Source of the DNA: Nitrospirota bacterium
Lineage (GTDB): Bacteria > Nitrospirota > UBA9217
Length of the DNA stretch: 64,000 bases
Reading direction: 5' to 3'
Assembly: GCA_021814615.1 (NCBI GenBank)
Contig: JAKAHZ010000001.1
Span: 31,178-95,177 of the forward strand
In this document: positions 48,659-56,737 of the stretch, in pieces
How the letters are laid out: each line of letters begins with the position of its first letter
How positions within the stretch are numbered: the first letter of the stretch is position 1
Made by a program: the position numbers and the translations under genes
The notes under the pieces: model-generated
Told to the model about the DNA's origin: nothing
The model's input: the letters and a program-made list of their open reading frames with translations, nothing else
The model's database searches: none

Positions 48659-49417
48659 TCATTCCGCCGTAATCGGCCCCACCGCGCTGCCGGTGATGAA
48701 CTGCTTCACAATCGGGTTCGTCGTATTCTTTATATCGTCGGGCGTCCCCGTCTCGAGGATCTCGCCCTTGTACAGCATGGCGATCCGGTCCGAGATCTTG
48801 TAGGCGCTGTGCATGTCGTGGGTGATGGCAACGGACGTGACGCCCAGTTTCTTCCGGAGATCGACGATCAGATCGTTGATCGCGTCGGCCGTGATCGGGT
48901 CCAGGCCCGTGGTGGGCTCGTCGTAGAGGATAATCTCCGCATCCATGGCGATGGCCCGCGCCAGGCCCACGCGCTTCCGCATGCCGCCCGACAGGTCCAC
49001 GGGCATCTTGTCCTCAACGTTCTTCAGGCCCACGAGCGCCAGTTTCTCGGTCGCGATCTTCCGTATCTCCCGGTCCGACAGCTTCGTATGCTGCTTCAGT
49101 CCGAAGCCCACATTCTCCCAGACCGGGAGCGAATCGAAGAGCGCGGCCATCTGGAAGAGCATGCCGAACTTCTTCCGCACCTCGTTCAACTGCTGGGCGT
49201 CCAGGTTGTTCAGCACCTGGCCGGCGACCTTCACCTGGCCCCGGTCGGGAAAGAGCAGCCCGATGATGTGCTTGATCAGCACGCTCTTGCCGCTGCCGCT
49301 ACCGCCGATCACGGTCACGCTCTCGCCCTTGCTGACCGCGAGATTCACGCCGCGCAGCACCTGCAGGCTCCCGAAGCTCTTGAAGAGGTCCGTTATCTCG
49401 ATCATCGTCTCGGGCAT
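48659..49417 (-). CDS. mlaF: ABC transporter ATP-binding protein MlaF
   Basis: Walker A 'GGSGSGKS', ABC signature 'LSGGMRKRV', Walker B 'ILYDEPT'. Confidence 0.85.
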   Translation of the reverse strand: MPETMIEITDLFKSFGSLQVLRGVNLAVSKGESVTVIGGSGSGKSVLIKHIIGLLFPDRGQVKVAGQVLNNLDAQQLNEVRKKFGMLFQMAALFDSLPVWENVGFGLKQHTKLSDREIRKIATEKLALVGLKNVEDKMPVDLSGGMRKRVGLARAIAMDAEIILYDEPTTGLDPITADAINDLIVDLRKKLGVTSVAITHDMHSAYKISDRIAMLYKGEILETGTPDDIKNTTNPIVKQFITGSAVGPITAE

Positions 49418-49421
49418 GGCC

Positions 49422-50194
49422 TCACCACAGGAGCGCGGACAGGAAATAGTCCAGGATCAGGATCAGCATGCACGAAACGACGACCGCGCCCGTCGTGGCC
49501 TTGCCCACGCCCTCGGCGCCGCCTTCGGTGTTGAACCCCTTGTAGCAGCCGATCAGGCCGACCACGGCGCCGAAGACCAGGGACTTGATCAGGCCGTACC
49601 AGATGTCCTGCACTTCGGTATTGTTGATGCTCTGGTTCATGTAGGTGACGGGATTCGTGCCCAGCACCTTGACGCCCACGAAGTAGCCGCCCGCGATGCC
49701 GACGAACATGCCCGTGGCCGACAGAAAGAACATCATGATCGTGCTCGCCAGGAACCGCGGGACCACGAGGTACTTCATGGGATTCGTGGCCAGCGTATAG
49801 AGCGCGTCGATCTGCTCGGTCACGCGCATGGTGCCCAGCTCGGCGGCCATGGCCGCTCCCGCCCTGCCCGCCACCATAAGGCCCGTGAGCACCGGCCCGA
49901 GTTCCCGGGTCATGGAGAGCGACACCACCGCGCCGATCAGGGACTGGGCGCCGAAACGCTTGAATCCCGTGTAGCTCTGGAGCGCGAGCACCATGCCCGT
50001 GGAGATGGCGGTGGTGAGCACCACGGGGACGGAGTTCACGCCGATCTGCTCCATCTGCTTCAGCAGGTTCTTGAGATAGAAGGGACTGCTGACGGTCCAG
50101 CGGAGCGTCTGGCCGAAAAAAAGGAGGACAGCCCCCATCTCCCGGATGAAGTTCCCCGCCTTCCGACCGATCAGTTCAAGCCAGGTAGTCATAA
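49422..50194 (-). CDS. mlaE: ABC transporter permease MlaE
   Basis: Aligns to E. coli MlaE from N-terminus; ATG 50194 preferred over TTG 50213. Confidence 0.8.
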
Positions 50195-50264
50195 AGATCA
50201 GTACTGAGTACAAAGTACAGAGTACAGAGTGTAATCAAAATCATATCTCCTAGTCCGGGTTTTT

Positions 50265-50327
50265 GGTACTTGGTACTTGGTACTTGGTACTTGGTACTTG
50301 GTACTTGGTACTTGGTACTTGGTACTT
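50265..50327. repeat. Perfect heptanucleotide microsatellite (GGTACTT)x9
   Basis: Nine uninterrupted 7-mers directly upstream of mla operon and overlapping alr stop codon. Confidence 0.95.
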
Positions 50328-51498
50328 AATTTACGATCCTCGGCACCCTCGCCGAGATGGCGCAGAGCACTTCGTAGGGGATCGTGCCGGTTGTTTCGGC
50401 GATGTCCTGCGCGGTGATGCGTTCCGCGCCCTGGCTCCCGATCAGCACGACGTCGTCGCCTGCTGAAACGCCCGGCACGTCCGTCACATCGAGCATGGTC
50501 ATGTCCATGCAGACCCTGCCGGCAACAGAAACGCGCCTGCCCCGTACCAGGGCACGGCCTGTGTTCGAGAGCAGCCGGTTGAACCCGTCGGCATAACCGA
50601 TGGGGATCGTGGCGATCAGGCTCTCCCGCCTCGTTACGAAGGTCCTGCCGTAGCTGATCGGCACCCCCGCCGGTACGCGTTTCACATGCGCGATCCGTGT
50701 TGCCAGCGAAAGCACGGGCCGGAGCTCGGCTGCGCTTCCGCCTTCCAGGGGATTATACCCGTACAACATAAGGCCGGGCCGCACCATGGTCAGGTGCGCC
50801 CGGTCGTAATCGAGCACTGCCGCGCTGTTGGCCGCGTGCCGAAGCGGCACGGCGATCCCCCGGCGTTCGAGGGCGGCGATCAGGGACGAGAACCGCTCGA
50901 GTTGCCGTCCGGCGAACTCCTTGTCCCGGAGATCGGCATCGGCAAAATGGGTCATCAGCCCTTCGACGGCGATGCCGGGGAGATTCGCAAGCCCGCTTAT
51001 GAACTCCACCGCTTCCTCGGGAACGAGCCCGATCCTGCCCATGCCCGTATCGATTTTTACATGGACCGCGATCTTCTTGCCCGCGTCCTGGGCTGCTTCG
51101 GATAACGCCCGCGCAACGGGCAGGGAGAAGACCACAGGCGTCAGGCCCGTGTCCACAACCGCGGGCGCCTGCTCCGGGAAGATCGGCCCCATGATCAGCA
51201 CCGGCGCGGGTATGCCGCTCGCGCGGAGCTCACGCCCTTCCTCCACGAGCGCAACGCCAAGCATCGGAACACCCAGTTCCACCAACCGCTTCGCCACGGG
51301 AACGGCGCCGTGGCCGTAGGCCTGCGCCTTTACCACCGCCAGCACCTTCCTGCCTCCGATACGCGAAACGACCTGACCGAGGTTGTGAGCCAGGGCGGTC
51401 AGGTCGATCCTCGCGGCCGTGGGCCGGCCGGCCGGCGATGAGGAAGCGCCGGCTGGGGACGAACAGGCGTCCGTTCCCTCAGTGGATGGTGCTCTCAT
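50326..51498 (-). CDS. alr: Alanine racemase
   Basis: PLP Lys 'VLAVVKAQAYGHGA' and C-terminal Alr motifs; N-terminal low-complexity extension so start uncertain. Confidence 0.85.
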   Translation of the reverse strand: MRAPSTEGTDACSSPAGASSSPAGRPTAARIDLTALAHNLGQVVSRIGGRKVLAVVKAQAYGHGAVPVAKRLVELGVPMLGVALVEEGRELRASGIPAPVLIMGPIFPEQAPAVVDTGLTPVVFSLPVARALSEAAQDAGKKIAVHVKIDTGMGRIGLVPEEAVEFISGLANLPGIAVEGLMTHFADADLRDKEFAGRQLERFSSLIAALERRGIAVPLRHAANSAAVLDYDRAHLTMVRPGLMLYGYNPLEGGSAAELRPVLSLATRIAHVKRVPAGVPISYGRTFVTRRESLIATIPIGYADGFNRLLSNTGRALVRGRRVSVAGRVCMDMTMLDVTDVPGVSAGDDVVLIGSQGAERITAQDIAETTGTIPYEVLCAISARVPRIVN

Positions 51499-51673
51499 TC
51501 ATTTCCTCAAACGTGTCCGTGGCAGGCAGGACATCGATCTTGTCGAACGACTGGGCGCAGTCCATGCATTCCCAGTGGTGAATGGTCCAGTACTCGGTCT
51601 CCAGTTCGAGCCCGAAATCATCGTCCTGGAAGAGGTTCGTTCCTCCGCAGAACGGGCACATGATCGGTTCCAT
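51479..51673 (-). CDS. Small zinc-ribbon protein (CxxC...CxxC)
   Basis: 'CPFCGG' and 'CMDCAQ' pairs; RBS GGAGG 6 nt upstream; overlaps alr start by 20 nt. Confidence 0.5.
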   Translation of the reverse strand: MEPIMCPFCGGTNLFQDDDFGLELETEYWTIHHWECMDCAQSFDKIDVLPATDTFEEMNESTIH

Positions 51674-51875
51674 AACAGCCTCCGCTGTTCATCCGGAACA
51701 CTGCCATCCAAGATGAAAATGCGCGGATAAACAGATAGTTCTCAGGTGGGATAAATCTATCACAGAGGGGTGCTTTTTGCAAAACTATTTTGGTCCTCGT
51801 TCAAGCGGAAGAGAGCTGTCTGAGCGGATACAATTGTTTTGACAGCCTTTCCCGTTCTCTTTATAATCAACACCT

Positions 51876-52877
51876 ATGACCGAACCTATTGGCGTGATCG
51901 GCGCGGGCGCCTGGGGCACCGCCCTGGCGCTCCTGCTCGCGGACAAGGGCCATCCCGTTACACTCTGGATGTACGAAAAGGACCTTGCCGAAGAGGCGAA
52001 CCGGACCCGGGAGAACCGCGTCTATCTTCCCGGCGTCGCCCTCCCCCCGAACCTCACCGTCACCTCGTCCCTGGAAGAGGCCGTCAGCGGTAGAAAATAT
52101 CTTCTCGCTGTCGCACCGTCCCATACGGTGCGCGCGGTTTCCACGGCCTTCGCTCCCTTCCTTTCCCCCGGCGCCGTGATCATCAACGCCTCGAAGGGCA
52201 TCGAGATCGACACGCTCAAGCCCCTGGCCGAGGTGTTCAAAGACACATTGCCGAAGGAATTCCACCGAAACCTCTGCTTCCTTTCCGGCCCGAGCTTTGC
52301 CAAGGAGGTGGCGCAGAAGATGCCCACCGCCGTGGCCCTGGCTGCCTATGACGCAAGGGCGGGCAAGGCGGCGCAACAGCTCCTGAGCACCTCCTATTTC
52401 CGCGTCTACACCAACCAGGATGTGATCGGCGTGGAACTCGGCGGCTCGATCAAGAACGTGATCGCCATTGCCGCGGGCGTGCTCGAAGGCCTGGGGTTCG
52501 GCCATAACACCATGGCAGCCCTGATCACGCGGGGCCTCGCAGAGATGTCCCGCCTGGGCGCGGCAATGGGCGCGGACCAGCGGACCTTCGCAGGCTTGGC
52601 CGGCATGGGAGACCTGGTGCTCACCTGCACCGGCGGCCTCTCGCGCAACCGCACCCTGGGCGTGCGCCTCGGCAAAGGCGAGAAGTTCGATGACATCATG
52701 AAAGGTATGAAGACCGTTGCCGAAGGCGTAAAAACCGCCAAGGCTGCGAAGGAGCTGGCGAAAAAGCACCGCGTTGACATGCCGGTGGTGGATGAGGTCT
52801 ACCGCATCCTCTATGAAGGCAAGGATCCGCGCCTCGCCCTCCGGGACCTGATGAGCAGAACGCTGAAGGAAGAATAA
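51876..52877 (+). CDS. gpsA: NAD(P)H-dependent glycerol-3-phosphate dehydrogenase
   Basis: 'IGVIGAGAWGTALA' Rossmann and full-length GpsA similarity. Confidence 0.9.
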   Translation: MTEPIGVIGAGAWGTALALLLADKGHPVTLWMYEKDLAEEANRTRENRVYLPGVALPPNLTVTSSLEEAVSGRKYLLAVAPSHTVRAVSTAFAPFLSPGAVIINASKGIEIDTLKPLAEVFKDTLPKEFHRNLCFLSGPSFAKEVAQKMPTAVALAAYDARAGKAAQQLLSTSYFRVYTNQDVIGVELGGSIKNVIAIAAGVLEGLGFGHNTMAALITRGLAEMSRLGAAMGADQRTFAGLAGMGDLVLTCTGGLSRNRTLGVRLGKGEKFDDIMKGMKTVAEGVKTAKAAKELAKKHRVDMPVVDEVYRILYEGKDPRLALRDLMSRTLKEE

Positions 52878-52882
52878 TAACG

Positions 52883-54022
52883 ATGAAGTTCAAAGTTCAA
52901 AGTTCAGAGTTCAAGAGTCCTCTCTCCTGGACTGCCCTCTGCATCTCCGCTTGCCTCCTATTGTTCGCGACAGCCGCCCGTGCCGAGATCAAGGTCATCG
53001 AGGCGGATGCTGCCTATGCCATGGGCGACAACGACAGCAAGGTGGATGCCCGGAGGATCGCGACGCAGGAGGCGAAGCGCAAGGCCCTGGAGCAGGCGGG
53101 AACTTACGTTGCCAGCCTCACCCAGGTGAAGGAATACCGGCTCACGAAGGATGAGGTGACGGCTTATACCGCGGGCATTCTGGAAACAGACATTATTGCC
53201 GACGAGTCGCGGGGATCAGCGTCAAAGCCCGAGCTCTATATTAAGGTACGCTGCAAGATCGACACTGCCGTGCTCCTGGCGCAGATCGATCAATACCGGG
53301 AAAACGAGGAGCTCCGGGACCAGATCGAGGATGCCGCGAAACAGCAGGCTGAGCTCAAGAAGGAGCGGGACGAACTGGTACGGCAGCTTGCAGCGGAAAA
53401 AGACAAGGCCAAGGCAGCTGAGACGCAGAAGAAACTTGCGAACGTCCTCACGAGTGAAGAAACGGGCGAACAGACGAACCGCGCCTGGGCACGAACCGCC
53501 AGCCAGGTTGACCTCTACAGCGGGAGCGAAGTGAACCGCGGCGTCAAGCTCGCCGACCTGGAAGATTCCGCCGATGCGCTCGAACAGACAGTGCAGACGA
53601 ACCCGGGGAACGTGCAGTCAGCGGTGCTGCTTTCCGCCCTTTATGAACAGAAGGACGACCGGAAGCGTGCCGAAGAAGTCCTGCGCTCGGCAATCAGCCG
53701 CAACCCCGGCAATCCCTTTCTGCATCTCCGGCTCGGCATCGTGCTGCGGGAGCAGGGAAGAAATACCGAGGCCTTGAAGGAATTCCGGGTCATGGAACAG
53801 AAGCGGCCCAACCAGCCGAACCTGCTCTTCCAGCTGGGGCTCACGCACAAGGCGAACGGCAACTGCCGCCTGGCGTCGGGATACATGAAACGGTTCCTGA
53901 TGTACACCAAACGGATCGACAAGCCGCGCATCAACGCGCTCAAGCCCAAGGCCCGGGAGATCGTGGAGAAGTGCGGCGATTTCCCGCCCGAGCGGAGGGC
54001 CCGAAAACATTCCCGGCCGTAA
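52883..54022 (+). CDS. Secreted coiled-coil/TPR-repeat protein; 5' coding region contains (AGTTCAA)x4 heptamer repeat
   Basis: Signal peptide 'ALCISACLLLFATAARA'; coiled-coil K/E-rich middle; TPR-like C-terminus; tandem 7-mers at 52887-52914. Confidence 0.6.
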   Translation: MKFKVQSSEFKSPLSWTALCISACLLLFATAARAEIKVIEADAAYAMGDNDSKVDARRIATQEAKRKALEQAGTYVASLTQVKEYRLTKDEVTAYTAGILETDIIADESRGSASKPELYIKVRCKIDTAVLLAQIDQYRENEELRDQIEDAAKQQAELKKERDELVRQLAAEKDKAKAAETQKKLANVLTSEETGEQTNRAWARTASQVDLYSGSEVNRGVKLADLEDSADALEQTVQTNPGNVQSAVLLSALYEQKDDRKRAEEVLRSAISRNPGNPFLHLRLGIVLREQGRNTEALKEFRVMEQKRPNQPNLLFQLGLTHKANGNCRLASGYMKRFLMYTKRIDKPRINALKPKAREIVEKCGDFPPERRARKHSRP

Positions 54023-54226
54023 GAAAGGCCTTGCTCACCACGAAGAACACGACGGAATGAGATATTCCTCGCTTGCGGGATTTTCTTCGTGCCCTTCGCG
54101 TCCTTCGTGGTTCAAAGATCGTAATTCCGGCGATATTATGTTTTATCCAAGATGTGCTTCGTGCGCTTCGTGTCCTTCGTGGTTAATGGTTTTGCTTCAG
54201 TCCGAGATATTACTTAGGATGACCAC

Positions 54227-54982
54227 ATGAATTCCTCAGACCTCGCCCGGCTCCTCGAAAGCGTCCAGTCCGGCAAGACCAGCGTCAAGGCCGCGCTCGA
54301 TCGCCTCAAGCACCTGCCCTTCGAGGACGTGGTCTACGCGCACATCGATCATCACCGCAGCCTGCGCCACGGCGCTCCCGAGGTGATCTACTGCGAAGGC
54401 AAGACGACCGCACAGATCACGGGCATCGTGAAACGCATGCTCAAGGCAGACTCGGACATCCTCGCCACGCGGGCGAACGTTAAAGTCTTCCAGGCGGTGA
54501 AGAAACTCGACAAGCGGGCGGTCTGGCACGAGGCATCGCGGGCCATCGTGATCACCCAGAAGGCAAAGAAGCCGACAACAGGCATCGTCCTGGTGCTGAC
54601 CGCAGGCACGTCGGACATCCCCGTTGCCGAGGAAGCGGCCGTCACGGCGGCAACGCTGGGCAGCACGGTCCGAACGGTCTATGACGTGGGCGTTGCCGGG
54701 ATCCACCGCATCTTAAGCAAGCGGCAGATGCTGGACGAAGCGCGAGTGATCGTGGTCGTCGCCGGCATGGACGGCGCCTTGCCGTCGGTCGTGGGAGGGC
54801 TTGTGGACAAACCGGTGATCGCCGTGCCGACCAGCGTTGGCTACGGCGCGGGGTTCCAGGGCCTGGCCCCGCTCCTGACCATGCTAAATTCCTGCGCCTC
54901 CGGCGTCGCGGTCATGAACATCGACAACGGCTTCGGCGCGGGCATGCTGGCGCACAAGATCAATATGCTGGGGGAGACGTGA
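54227..54982 (+). CDS. larB: Nickel-pincer cofactor biosynthesis protein LarB (NaAD carboxylase/hydrolase, PurE-like)
   Basis: N-terminal LarB-specific region plus PurE-like 'GIVLVLTAGTSD...VVAGMDGALP'. Confidence 0.75.
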   Translation: MNSSDLARLLESVQSGKTSVKAALDRLKHLPFEDVVYAHIDHHRSLRHGAPEVIYCEGKTTAQITGIVKRMLKADSDILATRANVKVFQAVKKLDKRAVWHEASRAIVITQKAKKPTTGIVLVLTAGTSDIPVAEEAAVTAATLGSTVRTVYDVGVAGIHRILSKRQMLDEARVIVVVAGMDGALPSVVGGLVDKPVIAVPTSVGYGAGFQGLAPLLTMLNSCASGVAVMNIDNGFGAGMLAHKINMLGET

Positions 54983-54987
54983 GATTG

Positions 54988-55036
54988 GCTGTCATTGCGA
55001 GGAGCGTAAGCGACGAAGCAATCTCGTAGTTGATTA
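54988..55036. repeat. Left inverted repeat of GIY-YIG mini-element
   Basis: 'ggctgtcattgcgag...gcgacgaagcaatctcgtagttgatt' is the reverse complement of 55320-55360; third direct copy at 55401-55452. Confidence 0.75.
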
Positions 55037-55323
55037 TGGAAAGACACTATTACGTTTACATCATGACGAATCCGACGCGAACTGTTCTGTACACGGGTGT
55101 GACAAATGATCTTCAGAAACGCGTTTTCCAGCATAAAGAAAAAACGGTCCCGGGATTTACCGAAAGATATAATCTCAACAAACTTGTTTTCTTTGAAACA
55201 ACTCCGGACGTGAAAAGCGCCATCCTACGCGAGAAGCAAATCAAAGGCGGTTCCCGAGCGAAGAAGATCGCACTCGTCGAGGCGATGAATCCCAAGTGGA
55301 ACGACCTCTACGAAACACTCTAA
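55036..55323 (+). CDS. GIY-YIG nuclease family protein (small stand-alone type)
   Basis: 'YYVYIMTN...VLYTGVTNDLQKRVFQH' GIY-YIG motif with catalytic Arg/Glu context. Confidence 0.8.
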   Translation: MERHYYVYIMTNPTRTVLYTGVTNDLQKRVFQHKEKTVPGFTERYNLNKLVFFETTPDVKSAILREKQIKGGSRAKKIALVEAMNPKWNDLYETL

Positions 55324-55360
55324 CTACGAGATTGCTTCGCTTCGCTCGCAATGACAGCCT
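55320..55360. repeat. Right inverted repeat of GIY-YIG mini-element
   Basis: Reverse complement of 54988-55036. Confidence 0.75.
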
Positions 55361-55466
55361 TTTGTTCACGCCGAATCGCCTGATTTGTCATCTTTTATTT
55401 GTCATTGCGAGGAGTGTTCTTTGCGACGAAGCAATCTCGTAGTTGATTTTCGATTCTGACTTTTGA

Positions 55467-56642
55467 ATGACCATGCCTCTCGCCTACTTCGACATATTCT
55501 CCGGCATCTCCGGCGACATGACCCTGGGAGCCCTGGTGGACGCGGGCGTTCCCTTCGACCATCTGCGCTCGGAGCTGGAAAAGCTCGGGCTCTCCGGCTA
55601 CCGCATCACGGCCGAGAAGGTCCGCCGCTCCGGGCTTGCCGCGACCAAGGTGAATGTGCAGTTGGACGACCAAAAGCAGCCGGCCCGCAGGCTCGGCGAC
55701 ATCCGCAAGATCATCGACTCTTCCGGCCTTGCTTCTGCAGTCAAGGAGAAGAGCCTCCGCATCTTCCAGCGCCTCGCTGAAGTGGAGGCGAAGGTGCATG
55801 GTTCCACGATCGAGGCTGTCCATTTCCACGAGATCGGCGCCGTGGACGCCATGATCGATATCGTCGGATCCGTGATCGGCATGGAGCGCCTCGGCATCAC
55901 CGAGATCGTCGCGTCGCCGTTAAACGTGGGCTCGGGCAGCGTCAAGACCGCACACGGCATCCTGCCGGTGCCCGCTCCCGCCACCGCCGAACTCCTGAAG
56001 GGCATCCCCTTCTATTCCTCGTCCACGAATTTCGAATTGACCACGCCCACGGGCGCGGCGATCATCAGCACCCTGGCAACGTCCTTCGGCCAACTGCCGC
56101 AGATGCGGACCGACACGATCGCCTACGGCGCGGGAGACTCGGATTTTCCCGGCCATCCGAACGTGCTCCGCCTGTTCATCGGCGAGCATGCGGCCACCTA
56201 TGAAGAGGACAGGTCGGTCCTGATCGAAACGAACATCGACGACATGAATCCCCAGATCTACGACCACGTGATCAGCAGGCTGCTCGCCGCCGGAGCGCAT
56301 GACGCCTATCTCAGCCCGGTGATCATGAAAAAAGGCCGGCCCGGCATCCTCCTGTCGGTGCTCACGGACACCAGGAAAGAGGACGCGCTTCTGGACATCC
56401 TCTTCCGGGAAACCACCAGCATCGGCGTGCGCATCAGCGAGGTGGGCAGGAAAAAGCTCTCGCGCGAGATCACGACCGTGGAAACGCCCTATGGTCCGGT
56501 CCGGGTCAAGATCAGCAGGAAAGGCAGCGAGGTCCTGACCATAACACCGGAGTACGAGGACTGCAAAAAGATCGCAGAGGAGAAACAGATACCACTCAAG
56601 CAAGTCATCGACAACGTAAAGCGCATTGCCAATGGCATTTAA
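55467..56642 (+). CDS. larC: Nickel insertion protein LarC (DUF111)
   Basis: 'YFDIFSGISGDMTLGALVDAG' canonical LarC N-terminus and full DUF111 length. Confidence 0.8.
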   Translation: MTMPLAYFDIFSGISGDMTLGALVDAGVPFDHLRSELEKLGLSGYRITAEKVRRSGLAATKVNVQLDDQKQPARRLGDIRKIIDSSGLASAVKEKSLRIFQRLAEVEAKVHGSTIEAVHFHEIGAVDAMIDIVGSVIGMERLGITEIVASPLNVGSGSVKTAHGILPVPAPATAELLKGIPFYSSSTNFELTTPTGAAIISTLATSFGQLPQMRTDTIAYGAGDSDFPGHPNVLRLFIGEHAATYEEDRSVLIETNIDDMNPQIYDHVISRLLAAGAHDAYLSPVIMKKGRPGILLSVLTDTRKEDALLDILFRETTSIGVRISEVGRKKLSREITTVETPYGPVRVKISRKGSEVLTITPEYEDCKKIAEEKQIPLKQVIDNVKRIANGI

Positions 56643-56737
56643 CTCTGGGCTCTCTGCGGCTCTGCGAGAGACAGGAATTGTCTTTTCTTTTCATCTTTGC
56701 GAGAAACCGCTTTGTACCTTGGTCATATATTGAGAGA

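Noticed and set aside
50232-50300. Hydrophobic 22-aa uORF (MILITLCTLYFVLSTDLYDYLA) with GGAGAT SD overlapping the mlaE start
   Set aside because: It is generated largely by translating the heptamer repeat words. There is no conservation evidence available and it may be an artefact of the repeat sequence.
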